The notes: generated by a model not told the origin, from the sequence alone. Shown: positions 19,822 through 29,520, counted from the stretch's first letter. The stretch is 64,000 nt of DNA from an uncultured Methanomassiliicoccales archaeon (GCA_963695345.1 OY968769.1:2497993-2561992); one strand, 5' to 3'. Numbers and translations are program-made.

Positions 19822-19829
19822 TATTTATA
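19822..19829 (-). promoter_or_regulatory. Archaeal TATA box (TATAAATA) for the peptide-rSAM operon
   Basis: Lies 23-30 nt upstream of the ATG at 19799 in an AT-rich intergenic region, consistent with a leaderless transcript. Confidence 0.55.
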
Positions 19830-20005
19830 CATATTCATGGTTAGGCAATAATCTACCCAATTTGGATTACGAATGCCACTAAAATATTAAAGAAGATTTC
19901 ATCATAAACAAGTTATTCTTCTTCTATTGATGTATAGTGAAAATTGATTTCCCAATCATATCGGCCTTGTTTGTCATCAATTCCTGACTACATCAATCTC
20001 GTACC

Positions 20006-20500
20006 CTATGGCAGGTTATTTAGAAGTGCTCTCTCCACCCGAACGGCAGCCGCCTCCACCTCGGGGGTCAGTCCCTCGCCGAAGTCCACGTTCTTCGGTT
20101 CGATCAGCAACAAGGCGATCCTTGCTCCGGTCAATGTGCTTACGTAATCGCAGAAGACCCTGAGGGGAAGGGTATGAGTGGAGATCGATGGGACATTGAC
20201 CACCTCCTCAGCCTCGTACAGATGGGCGGTGCCTGGCTCAAGTCCGAGCAATGCCGCGTCAACGAGGAGCACATGGGAGGGGCTGATCGCCACGATCTCG
20301 TCAACGAAGCTCTCCGGTACTGTCTCGCATTCGATCAGGTGGACCGATCCCGAGACCTTGTCCTGGAGATCCTCCACGATCCTCACCCCGACGTAATCAT
20401 CGGAGCGGATCGAGTTGCCTATACCGGCCACCACGACACTGGTCGCGCCGTTTAGCCAGTCCCTCAGTTCTTCCTTCATTTCCTGGGTGTGCTGGTTCAA
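20006..20500 (-). CDS. hycI: Hydrogenase maturation peptidase
   Basis: VVAGIGNSIRSDDYVG, ETVPE, LLVDAA, STHTLPL, FGEGLTPEV. Confidence 0.92.
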   Translation of the reverse strand: MNQHTQEMKEELRDWLNGATSVVVAGIGNSIRSDDYVGVRIVEDLQDKVSGSVHLIECETVPESFVDEIVAISPSHVLLVDAALLGLEPGTAHLYEAEEVVNVPSISTHTLPLRVFCDYVSTLTGARIALLLIEPKNVDFGEGLTPEVEAAAVRVERALLNNLP

Positions 20501-20687
20501 TTCAGGACCTCCTGGTTGATTCGCTCGTGGTCGCGGAGAGTCCGGTGCTGGACGATTTACGCGCGCTGGCGGCAGACGCGTTGTTAGCCTCGTCCATGGA
20601 ACACCAGTGTGCCATGCACCGGCTTGCCCAACGCTTCGAAAGCGACGTGTCGGCCTGCGCCAGAGGTGTGGCCGATCACCGCGGCGT

Positions 20688-20930
20688 TCAGTCGGCGCGG
20701 AAGGCCATCTCCACCTTGTTCAGCGCCTCGTTGATCCCTTCCATCCCACCTTTGGGTAAGGGACTTTGGAATAGGGCCGCCTCGGACCTTTCGGCGATGT
20801 GCTCCTGGCAAGACGGCCGATCTGGAGAACTATTTCCGGAGGGGTCGACCACCCGGCGTCGCTGTCGTAGAGTTGACCAGTTCTTCGCACCACCGCTCCC
20901 GGTCCAGGTTCGCATGTAGTGGAGGTCGCT
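20688..20930 (-). pseudogene. Degraded remnant of a group 3 [NiFe]-hydrogenase large subunit (MvhA-like)
   Basis: Fragments across frames: RVVDPSG, EHIAE, YSKVPY-PKVGWKG, LNKVEMAFRA(D)*. The DPCxxC motif is lost and large internal deletions are implied. Confidence 0.7.
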
Positions 20931-21155
20931 AGCGTAGCCCCCGGGCCGCCTTTCGGGTCGCCTTAATGGATGTGGTTATTTAATCGATGCGTCCGACTCT
21001 TCGTATGTGGCTGAACGCGAATGCTTGGACGAACCGCCCTGGACAGCAACGAGAACCATGACCTGTCTTACACCTGCAGATGTGCAGAAAGAAATGAGGA
21101 CCATGGACGAGCCAGCAAGAATATCTTAATATGGCATCACCCAATAGCTATTTTA

Positions 21156-22085
21156 ATGGACTACGACCTGGTCATCATCGGGGGCGGGCCAGCCGGTCTT
21201 ACGGCGGGCATCTGCGCGGTGCAAAGCAGGATCCGTACCGTCATCATCGAAGCCGCCGAGGCCGGAGGACAGCCAGGCGTTCTCTATCCGGAGAAGGAGA
21301 TCCACAACTTCCCCACCTCCCAGGCGGTGACCGGCAGGGACATTTCGCGGAGTTTCGTGGAGCACGCCCTGAACAAGGGCTGCATCATCAAAGAGAACGA
21401 GACGGCCGAGGACATTCTCGACATTCCCGACGGCTTCCGGGTCGTAACGACCAAGGGATCGTACACCACCACCGCGGTCATCGTCGCCATAGGCAACGGG
21501 TTCTTCATTCCCAAGAAACTGGACATACCGGGAGCCGCTGAGCTCGAGGGCAGGGGGGTTTACTACATGATGCCCCCAAAGAAGGAATTCCTCGGGAAAA
21601 AGGTCATGTTCATCGGAGGGGGCAACTCCGCGCTCGAGATGGCCCTGATGGTCCATGAGATCGCCGAAACATGCATTGTGCACCGGGGCGGAACGTTCCG
21701 GGCCGACCATTGCTTCATCGAGAGGGTGGAGGAATCCCATATCCGGACACGCATGAACGCCCAGCTCCTGAGGATCGAAGGGGATGGCAAGGTGGAGAGG
21801 GTCGTGCTGAGGGTCGGGGATGCGGAGGAGGAGGTCCCGGTGGACATGGTGGTCATCAAGGTCGGCATGACCCCGGAACCGGAACACCTGAAGCGTTGGA
21901 ACCTGGACCTGGAGGGAGAAGGAATCCGGGTCAGTCAGCAGATGATGACCTCCCGGAAGGGCGTGTTCGCGGCCGGGGACGCCGTCACCTATCCAGGCAA
22001 ATACCGGCAGATAGTCACAAGCTGCAGCGAGGGGGCGACCGCCGCCAACTCCGCGATCAAATACGTCAAGAAGATCACCGTCTAG
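21156..22085 (+). CDS. Thioredoxin-reductase-fold FAD oxidoreductase lacking CxxC (YumC-type ferredoxin-NADP+ reductase-like)
   Basis: IIGGGPAGL, GGQPGVLYPEKEIHN, GGGNSA, GVFAAGD. GVYYMMP stands where TrxB has GVSYCATC. Confidence 0.82.
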   Translation: MDYDLVIIGGGPAGLTAGICAVQSRIRTVIIEAAEAGGQPGVLYPEKEIHNFPTSQAVTGRDISRSFVEHALNKGCIIKENETAEDILDIPDGFRVVTTKGSYTTTAVIVAIGNGFFIPKKLDIPGAAELEGRGVYYMMPPKKEFLGKKVMFIGGGNSALEMALMVHEIAETCIVHRGGTFRADHCFIERVEESHIRTRMNAQLLRIEGDGKVERVVLRVGDAEEEVPVDMVVIKVGMTPEPEHLKRWNLDLEGEGIRVSQQMMTSRKGVFAAGDAVTYPGKYRQIVTSCSEGATAANSAIKYVKKITV

Positions 22086-22219
22086 GATCGGACGTTCGTC
22101 CTATCCCCGCCCGGTCCATTGGGCGGATATGGATTTTTTCCATCTCTCCATGCATGTCCTGGCCCCGCCAACAATCGTAATTAACAACCCCCTCAGAATA
22201 TCTCTTGGAGCGTGGATAG

Positions 22220-22496
22220 ATGGCTACCGTTATCTATGGGCCAATCGGATTTTCCGTCAACGACATTTTTCCGGACAGTCGGAGACATGGGCACTGACCG
22301 GGTTCAAATGGGAGGATGTGAACGAGGTCTCTGCGCATCATTCGTGTGTAGGGGTGGAAAGGAGAGATCGCTGACTGTGACAGACATCGTTTCAGAGGCG
22401 TCACCCAACGGAGACTGGCGCCTCCGGTTCACGGTGAGGAATGTGGGCAGCTCCACCCTGAACTACGGGATATTCACTCCGTGGATAAGGGCGTGA
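22220..22496 (+). pseudogene. Small beta-rich hypothetical gene, frameshifted
   Basis: GGAG RBS and ATG at 22220. Joined frames read MATVIYGPIGFSVNDIFP/GQSETWALTGFKWEDVNEVSAH.../ERSLTVTDIVSEASPNGDWRLRFTVRNVGSSTLNYGIFTPWIRA*. Confidence 0.5.
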
Positions 22497-22542
22497 GTTC
22501 CTTGAACGATACTGGAAGGAATGGGAAAAAGGAGGCGGCACG

Positions 22543-22792
22543 ATGAGGATTCAGGTACCTGCATGACGACCAGGGCATCATAATCTCCTTCTCGGAGCTT
22601 CAGGAAGGGTTCGACGGCGAACTGACCCTGATGCCGAAGGAAGGCCAGTAGGTGAAGGTATTGGATCTGCCCGGTAAAATAGGGAGAAGCCGGGCAGCGG
22701 GGAGGATTTCAGAAGCCTGATCGAACGGGTGAAGCAGCACAAGGTGGACATCACCAGCAAGGGAGCTTAAGCTTGTCAGGAGAACTGGCTGA
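22543..22792 (+). pseudogene. Small hypothetical gene, frameshifted, with in-frame stops
   Basis: GGAGG RBS and ATG at 22543. Joined frames read MRIQV/LHDDQGIIISFSELQEGFDGELTLMPKEGQ*VKVLDLPG.../EDFRSLIERVKQHKVDITSKGA*. Confidence 0.5.
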
Positions 22793-22853
22793 TAGAGATC
22801 GGACGGAAGGAAACATCCAGGTCCTGGTCGGAACAAGGCACCTGAGAGAGCGA

Positions 22854-25637
22854 TCACGCCGGTCTATGGCCGGAGTGGGCTGGCAACCTCCCCTCGATCG
22901 GGATGGTGAAATAGAAGGTGGCCCCCCGTCCTGGTTCCGACTCCACCCATATCTGTCCACCGTGCCTTTCCACGATCCTCTTGCAGATGGCCAGTCCAAT
23001 GCCCGACCCTTTGTACTCGTCCCTCGTGTGCAGACGCTGGAACATCTCGAATATCCGACGCCTGTACTTCTGGTCGAACCCTATCCCGTTGTCCCTGACT
23101 GCGAATTTCCAGTATGATCCCGCCTTGAGCGCGGATATGTGCACCGTTGGTGGTTCTTCCCCATGGAACTTGATCGCGTTGGAGATCAGATTCTCCAGCA
23201 ATTGGACCATCTGGGTCTGATCGGCGCTGATGGTCGGCTGGCTCTCATAGGATATGATGGCGCCGGTCTCATTGACAGGATGCTCGAGATCCTTTAATAC
23301 GATGGCCATCACCGTTTCCATGTCGGTCGGCAGGAACTCTTTTCCTTGGGTCTCCACCCTTGAGTAGTCCAGTATGTCCTTGATCAGCCCTTTCATGTCA
23401 TTGGCGCCGTCAATGGCGTGGGAGATATATTCCGTCGATCTCTTGTCCATTATGCCGCGGTTGCACCTCTCCAGAAGATGGAGATAGCTAGTTATCGTCC
23501 TCAAAGGAGCTTGCAGATCGTGCGAAGCGACGTAGGCGAACTGCTGAAGGTCGGCATTCGATCGGGCAAGCTCTTCCTGGACCTCTCGAAGTTCGGTGAT
23601 ATCCTGGGTGGTGGTCACTCCCCCGATGATCGCCTCTCGGTGGTCCTTGATCGGGGAGGCGGAAACCATGATCGTCCCGCCGGTGCCGTCGGACCTCTCG
23701 AGGTCGAAGACCCGTCCAATGACCGGTTTCCCATTCGTTATCGCCTCCCAAAGAGGCATTTCGTCCGGTTGAACTGGCCTGTCACTATCCTCCCACCTCA
23801 GGTCACGCTGTTGCGTTTCCTCAAGGAGTCGGACCTTCCTTTGCCTACCGCAGATATCATCTAGCCGGCTGTTCGTAAGCTCGGTCCTTCCGGAAACATC
23901 GGTGACCCGAACACCGACCGGGAGGGTATCGAGGATGGTCTTCAGACGGATCGTTTCCTCTTCCTTCCTTTGCACCAGTTCCTCTATCCGTTTCCTGGCG
24001 TTCACCTGCTCCGTGATGTCCATCATCGTGGCGACCCTTGCCGGTTCTCCATTGAAGTCCATGCTCCTGGCCTTGATCTGCACGAAACGAACATCGCCGT
24101 CCTTACGGACCATATGCGCTTCGTACGCCTCGGCCATTGGATGCTGGACCACTTCTTCGACGATCTCCTGAGATTCTGGTGCGAATAATTCGTGGATCGA
24201 TCTGCCGATGATCTCGCCCCGGGAATATCTCATCTGCTCGAGGGCCGCTTTGTTGACATCAACGATCAACCCGTTCACATGTATCATGATGCCTTCGAAT
24301 GTTGCCTCTGAGAGAGTGCGGAAACGCTCCTCACTTTCCCGCAGGTCATCCTGCGCCGCTTTCTGATCCGTGATGTCGGTAGATATGCCTAGGACCCCGA
24401 TCACATTCCCTTCCTGATCTCTCAGTGGGACCTTGCTCGTGTCCAACCATCCGGTCTTGCCACCGGCCCTGCGCTGGCTTTCGACCACGTGGAGCTTCGC
24501 ATTGCCGCTTTCCATCACCTGGCGGTCATCTGTCCTATATGCCTTCGCCTCGGTCCTGGCCCAGGGCATGTCAAAATCGGTCTTGCCAATGAATTCCGAT
24601 GAATCGGCAAAACCGGCGTTCCTGGCGGATTCCCGGTTCGCCCCCAGGTACACCGAGTTCCGGTCCTTCCAGTATACGACCCCTGGGAAGTTGTCGAGGA
24701 CTATCTTGAGCATCTGCTCCGAGCGCTGCAGCGCTTCCTCCACGTTCTTCCGCTTGGTGATGTCCTCATAGGTACCCAGAACTCCGATGACCTCTCCTTT
24801 GGAATCCCTGAGGGGAACCTTGCTGGTCTGCAGCCAACGGGTACCTCCATCGGATTGGATCTGCACCTCCTCGAAGTTGATCTTCGGTGAACCGCTCTCC
24901 ATGACCTGGCGATCATCGGCCCGATAGGAGTCGGCGGAGTCACGCCATGCCAGTTCATGGTCGTTCCTCCCCACTATCTCGGCCGGGTCTGGTAGTCCTG
25001 CGTCGCGCGCCGCTATCTGATTGCAGCCCAGATAGTTCAGGTCCCGGTCCTTCCAGAACACCCGGACCGGAACGCTGTCCAGGACCAGTTGGAGCATCTG
25101 CTGGGAACTTCGCAGAGCCTCCTCGGCCCTGACCTGTTCGGTAATATCCGTTACCACTCCGTCGATCCATTGGATTTCTCCGCCGGGGCCGGGGACGGCG
25201 GTGAATATCAAGGAGCACACTATCGACGTACCATCTTTACGCCTCATCCTTACCTTGTGGTCCTTGACGCCACCTTCCTTTCTCAAAATGGAAAGCAATA
25301 TTTCCCGATCTCTCGGATCGCTGTAAAGTTCTATCGGGGTCACCTTCAATATCTCGGCGACGCTTTCGTAGCCGAATATCCTGGCCATCGCTGGGTTGGC
25401 TTGGATTATGGGCTTGTTCCCAATCGCGCAGGTCTGATAGATCCCGATGTTGACGTTCTCCACCAGGGTCCTGAGCTTCTTCTCGCCTTCGGCCAACGCC
25501 CTATTGCCGCGTTCCAATTCGGCGATGCGTTCTTCGAGCTGGAGACCGGACAGTCCTATCTGCGACGCCCCTCCAGTACCGATCACCCTTTGGCGCAGGT
25601 CCCCGGCCCTTCGCAGATCATCAGGGTGCTCTTTCAT
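22854..25637 (-). CDS. Multi-PAS sensor histidine kinase (Cph1-like HisKA)
   Basis: Five PAS/PAC units, SNADLQQFAYVASHDLQAPL, NLISNAIKF, FQRLH, GIGLAIC. Confidence 0.93.
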   Translation of the reverse strand: MKEHPDDLRRAGDLRQRVIGTGGASQIGLSGLQLEERIAELERGNRALAEGEKKLRTLVENVNIGIYQTCAIGNKPIIQANPAMARIFGYESVAEILKVTPIELYSDPRDREILLSILRKEGGVKDHKVRMRRKDGTSIVCSLIFTAVPGPGGEIQWIDGVVTDITEQVRAEEALRSSQQMLQLVLDSVPVRVFWKDRDLNYLGCNQIAARDAGLPDPAEIVGRNDHELAWRDSADSYRADDRQVMESGSPKINFEEVQIQSDGGTRWLQTSKVPLRDSKGEVIGVLGTYEDITKRKNVEEALQRSEQMLKIVLDNFPGVVYWKDRNSVYLGANRESARNAGFADSSEFIGKTDFDMPWARTEAKAYRTDDRQVMESGNAKLHVVESQRRAGGKTGWLDTSKVPLRDQEGNVIGVLGISTDITDQKAAQDDLRESEERFRTLSEATFEGIMIHVNGLIVDVNKAALEQMRYSRGEIIGRSIHELFAPESQEIVEEVVQHPMAEAYEAHMVRKDGDVRFVQIKARSMDFNGEPARVATMMDITEQVNARKRIEELVQRKEEETIRLKTILDTLPVGVRVTDVSGRTELTNSRLDDICGRQRKVRLLEETQQRDLRWEDSDRPVQPDEMPLWEAITNGKPVIGRVFDLERSDGTGGTIMVSASPIKDHREAIIGGVTTTQDITELREVQEELARSNADLQQFAYVASHDLQAPLRTITSYLHLLERCNRGIMDKRSTEYISHAIDGANDMKGLIKDILDYSRVETQGKEFLPTDMETVMAIVLKDLEHPVNETGAIISYESQPTISADQTQMVQLLENLISNAIKFHGEEPPTVHISALKAGSYWKFAVRDNGIGFDQKYRRRIFEMFQRLHTRDEYKGSGIGLAICKRIVERHGGQIWVESEPGRGATFYFTIPIEGRLPAHSGHRPA

Positions 25638-26477
25638 GCCACTCCCCCGTTAGGCCGCTTTCACGGACAAGAAAGATCTTTTTGTCCCGTCGATCGTAAG
25701 CATATCCACTGACCAGATCCCCTGCCCCAGTTCTGAATACGCTTCCTTGCGAAACGCAGTGATCCACCAGCAATCTGATTTCGGACATGATGAACGCCAT
25801 GATCCAGATATTAAATATAACATTCCATATAATATAAAATAGGCCTCGAACAAAGGATCTGATCCTCCCCATTTTCACCACTTTCAATAATGTCTGGCAT
25901 CGTTCCTCGTGGTGGCCTTCGAGTCGTCACGGAAAATCGTTAACTTTTCAACTCTTGATTGGCCACGGTCATCCGAAACAGGGAACCGCTGATGGCATTC
26001 CATGAGTCCAAATCCAATGGGCATCGTCCCTGATTGCCGACCCGAAGATCCATCAGTCAGTAATAAGCCACGAACTAGAGGATAATGATTTTCATCCATG
26101 CGCTGGCGCCTTACCATTGGACAACCTGATGCCTGAATCCGTCATAGTATCAAAACTAGGACCGGCCATTCCTTGGAATTCGTGGATGGACCCCGATCAG
26201 GCAATTCCCCATCATCATTTCCCGGACCAATTATTCGTATGCCTTATCTCTCTGCGGTCATTGCTCCATCTGTAGGGCGAACTGATCGGTGTACCTAACG
26301 ATCAATCTCCTCAAAATATGGGTGTCCCAGAGCGTCATGTACGCGCCCGCCGGATGAGCCGGACGTTTCTTAGGAGGAAAGCCGTGGTACATAGGCCGGC
26401 GGCCGCGTGTAAGACAATTCGGAGATGAGCGATAAGACACTTTCGGATGTTTTTCAAAAACACGAATGGGCCATTGT

Positions 26478-26945
26478 CTAGAACCAGAACTTCGGATCGG
26501 AACCGTCCGAGAGCGAGTCGAGTATGTCCTTGAGATTGATCACCGTGGCCTCCATTTCATCCGCGCACATCGGTTTGACCAGATAGGCGTTGGCGAGATT
26601 CTGCCTCGCCTTCTCAATATCTTCGGTCGAGTTCGACCCTGAACATATCACGATGCAGATATCGGTCAATTTCACTCCCTTCCGAATGAATGACAGGACC
26701 TCATGTCCGTTCTTTTTCGGAAGGTTGACATCCAATAATATGAGATCGGGGAACCGATGTTCGCCATTTAAGGCAGCTTTTATGAAGCGTATCGCCCCTT
26801 CCCCATCATCGACCAATGACAGGTCGAAAGGAAAGCCGGTCTCCTGCATCAAAGTGCCCATCAACACAGCGTCCGCCTGGTTGTCTTCGACAAGAAGGAC
26901 GTTCAAAGGAATGTTCCTTTCAATTGTGTCCTTCTTATTGTTCAT
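26478..26945 (-). CDS. Stand-alone response regulator (Rcp1-like), paralog of 13000-13449
   Basis: VLLVEDN, PDLILLDVNLPKKNGHEVL, AYLVKP. Confidence 0.9.
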   Translation of the reverse strand: MNNKKDTIERNIPLNVLLVEDNQADAVLMGTLMQETGFPFDLSLVDDGEGAIRFIKAALNGEHRFPDLILLDVNLPKKNGHEVLSFIRKGVKLTDICIVICSGSNSTEDIEKARQNLANAYLVKPMCADEMEATVINLKDILDSLSDGSDPKFWF

Positions 26946-27197
26946 GAAATCAACGACCCAGAAATTATTATGCGGTAATCCTCACTCCATACGGGCCATT
27001 GGTCACGCATTGGCCGCTTTTATGGATTTTATATATTTAAGATTCATGTTGTCATGAAATATTTGAGATAACCGTCATTCGAGCGATCGATATCAGGTAA
27101 CAGTTTTCTGCATCACCCGGGCATGGAAGCCATGAAGATGGCTCATCTGATAGAATGTGGAATAATAATATCTACCCATCACAATATGGCGTGGTTA

Positions 27198-28364
27198 ATG
27201 AACGAGCATGACCGGTCCTCCATGCGGAAATTCGTCTCGCCTGAGATCATCTTCGGTGAAGGCGCACTAGACCTGATAGGAAGATATGTCACCAACCTGT
27301 CCGGTCAGAGGATATTCATCGTTTCCGATAAGGGGGTGGGCTCAGCCGGTTGGACAGGACGCGTTGAGCATTCTATCCAGGATGCTGGATTGGAGCATGT
27401 CCTGTTCGATGCGGTTTCCGCAAACCCCAGGACCTCGGAGGTCATGAAAGGGGCAGAGCTCTATGAACGCGAGAAATGCGACGTCATCGTGGCCGTTGGA
27501 GGAGGGAGCCCGATGGACTGCGCCAAGGCGGTCGGGGTTGTCGCCACCAACGGGCGGAACGTGCTCGAATTCGAGGGAGTGGACGCAGTTGAGGTGCCAG
27601 GCCCCCCGCTCATCTGCATACCCACCACGGCCGGTTCATCTGCGGACGTATCTCAGTTTGCCATCATCACCGATGAGGTCAGGAAGAAGAAGATGGCGAT
27701 CATCAGCAAGGCCATGGTTCCCGACATCTCCATTATCGATCCCGCCACCACCGCCACGATGGGCCTGGACCTGACCGCCGATACCGGAATGGACGCGCTA
27801 TGCCATGCATTCGAAGCCTATGTTTCGAACGCATCATCGATGATGACGGACCTTTTCGCCCTGGAAGCGGTAAGGCTCATCTCAGAGCACCTGCCCTTGG
27901 CCTATGAGCAACCGGACTCGATGCTCCACCGGGAGAACATGATGCGGGGCAGCATGTACGCCGGATTGGCATTCTCCAACGCCAGCCTGGGGCTGGTGCA
28001 TGCCATGGCCCACAGCGCCGGAGGGATGTACGATGCCCCTCACGGGGAATGTAACGCGGCCCTGCTGGAGCATGTAGTCCAATTCAACTATCCATCCGCT
28101 TCCGGTCGATACGACATGTTGGAGAGCGTCATGCGCGGTACCATTCCGAAGGACCGCGGACTGGACCCCGAGGAGAGATTGGTGGGCAAGCTGCGGGATC
28201 TGAGGAAAAGGTTGGGAATACTGCACGGCCTGACCTATTCCAATGTCCTCAGGGCGGACCTGGTCAAACTGGGCGAGAATGCCCTTCAGGACCCCTGCAT
28301 CGCCACGAACCCAAGACCGGTGACGCTTTCGGAGGTGATGGGGATCTATGAGCGAGCGCTCTAA
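27198..28364 (+). CDS. ercA: Iron-containing alcohol dehydrogenase-like regulatory protein (ErcA/YiaY type)
   Basis: MRKFVSPEIIFG start, GGGSPMD, IPTTAGSSADVSQFAII, DALCHAFEAY, LGLVHAMAH, PHGECN. Overlaps the downstream kinase. Confidence 0.82.
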   Translation: MNEHDRSSMRKFVSPEIIFGEGALDLIGRYVTNLSGQRIFIVSDKGVGSAGWTGRVEHSIQDAGLEHVLFDAVSANPRTSEVMKGAELYEREKCDVIVAVGGGSPMDCAKAVGVVATNGRNVLEFEGVDAVEVPGPPLICIPTTAGSSADVSQFAIITDEVRKKKMAIISKAMVPDISIIDPATTATMGLDLTADTGMDALCHAFEAYVSNASSMMTDLFALEAVRLISEHLPLAYEQPDSMLHRENMMRGSMYAGLAFSNASLGLVHAMAHSAGGMYDAPHGECNAALLEHVVQFNYPSASGRYDMLESVMRGTIPKDRGLDPEERLVGKLRDLRKRLGILHGLTYSNVLRADLVKLGENALQDPCIATNPRPVTLSEVMGIYERAL

Positions 28365-29520
28365 CGGGAACAATATCGAGGATCTCAGGCAGAAGATAAT
28401 AGGTCTGGGGGAGAAATCCCAAAGGAAGAGCTACTATCCCCAGCTGCACAAACGCATTAGCGAACTGGAGCAGGCACTGGCCGCGCTCGGGGAAAGCGAG
28501 ACCAAGTACCGCACCCTGGTCGAGAACGTCAATGTGGGGATCTTCCGTTCCATCGCATCCTCGGGAAAGATCACCCATGCCAATACCGCGTTCCTCCGCA
28601 TATTTGGATACAGTGACGACGCCACGGACATCAACGCACTGGATCTTTATCCCAACCGCGACGACAGAATTGGGAATCTCTCTCAGCTTGCCGCCCAGGT
28701 CAGTATCAAATCGCTCCGAACCAGGCTGAAGCGGGTGGATGGAACCGACATCATCTGCTCGCTCACACTGACCGCCAGGTTCCGGCCGGATGGCGAAATT
28801 GATTATATCGACGGTGTCGTCGAGGACATCACCGAGAAGGAGCACCAGGAGGAGGCATTACGGCAGGCCAACAACAAGCTGAACCTGCTGAGCTCGATCA
28901 CCAGGCATGACGTGAACAATCAGCTCATGGCGATCGAGGGATTCCTGGAGCTGGCCTCGCAGAGGATCACGGACCCGGTGGCCCTGGATTACCTGGCAAA
29001 GGTCAAGGCCAACGCCAACTCGATAGGGCGGCAGCAGGCATTCACCAAGGACTATCAGGAGATCGGGGTCAAGGAACCGCAATGGATCTCGCTCGGGAAG
29101 TCGATATCCTCAGCCCTGCTTACCGTGGACAAGGCGCAACTTAAGATCAACGTCGAAGTGGGTGAGTATGAGGTCTTCGCCGACCCGATGATAACCAAGG
29201 TGTTCTTCAACATCGGAAGCAATGTCAACCGGCATGCCCAGGCCAGCAACCTGTTCATAACCACCAGGGAGGAAAATGGACTGCTGTTGCTGTCGTTCGC
29301 GGACGACGGCATCGGAATCGGAAAAAAGGACCGTCTGTTCACCAGGGGATCCTCATTCGGATATGGCCTGTTCCTTTCGAAAGAGATCCTCGCCATCACC
29401 GGTATCAGCATCAAGGAGGTGGGAATACCGGGCAAGGGCGCCACCTTCGAGATGACCTTCCCACAGGATAGGTTCCGCCATACTCCGGTAAGGCAATACA
29501 TGTCGAGAATAACAGTATGA
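28348..29520 (+). CDS. PAS sensor histidine kinase with ErcS-like N-terminus
   Basis: N-terminal IIGLGEKSQRKSYYPQL, one PAS, RHDVNNQL H-box, DDGIG. 17-nt overlap with ercA. Confidence 0.88.
   Translation: MSERSNGNNIEDLRQKIIGLGEKSQRKSYYPQLHKRISELEQALAALGESETKYRTLVENVNVGIFRSIASSGKITHANTAFLRIFGYSDDATDINALDLYPNRDDRIGNLSQLAAQVSIKSLRTRLKRVDGTDIICSLTLTARFRPDGEIDYIDGVVEDITEKEHQEEALRQANNKLNLLSSITRHDVNNQLMAIEGFLELASQRITDPVALDYLAKVKANANSIGRQQAFTKDYQEIGVKEPQWISLGKSISSALLTVDKAQLKINVEVGEYEVFADPMITKVFFNIGSNVNRHAQASNLFITTREENGLLLLSFADDGIGIGKKDRLFTRGSSFGYGLFLSKEILAITGISIKEVGIPGKGATFEMTFPQDRFRHTPVRQYMSRITV

Noticed and set aside
20527-20960. GC-rich stretch as an ncRNA (SRP/RNase P) or the 130-aa plus-strand ORF
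   Set aside because: No diagnostic RNA motifs. It is better explained as a minus-strand hydrogenase remnant.
25640-26470. Short ORFs in long intergenic gaps (also 29520-29980, 33000-33400)
   Set aside because: No motifs, RBS or repeat structure found. They are probably promoter or decayed DNA.
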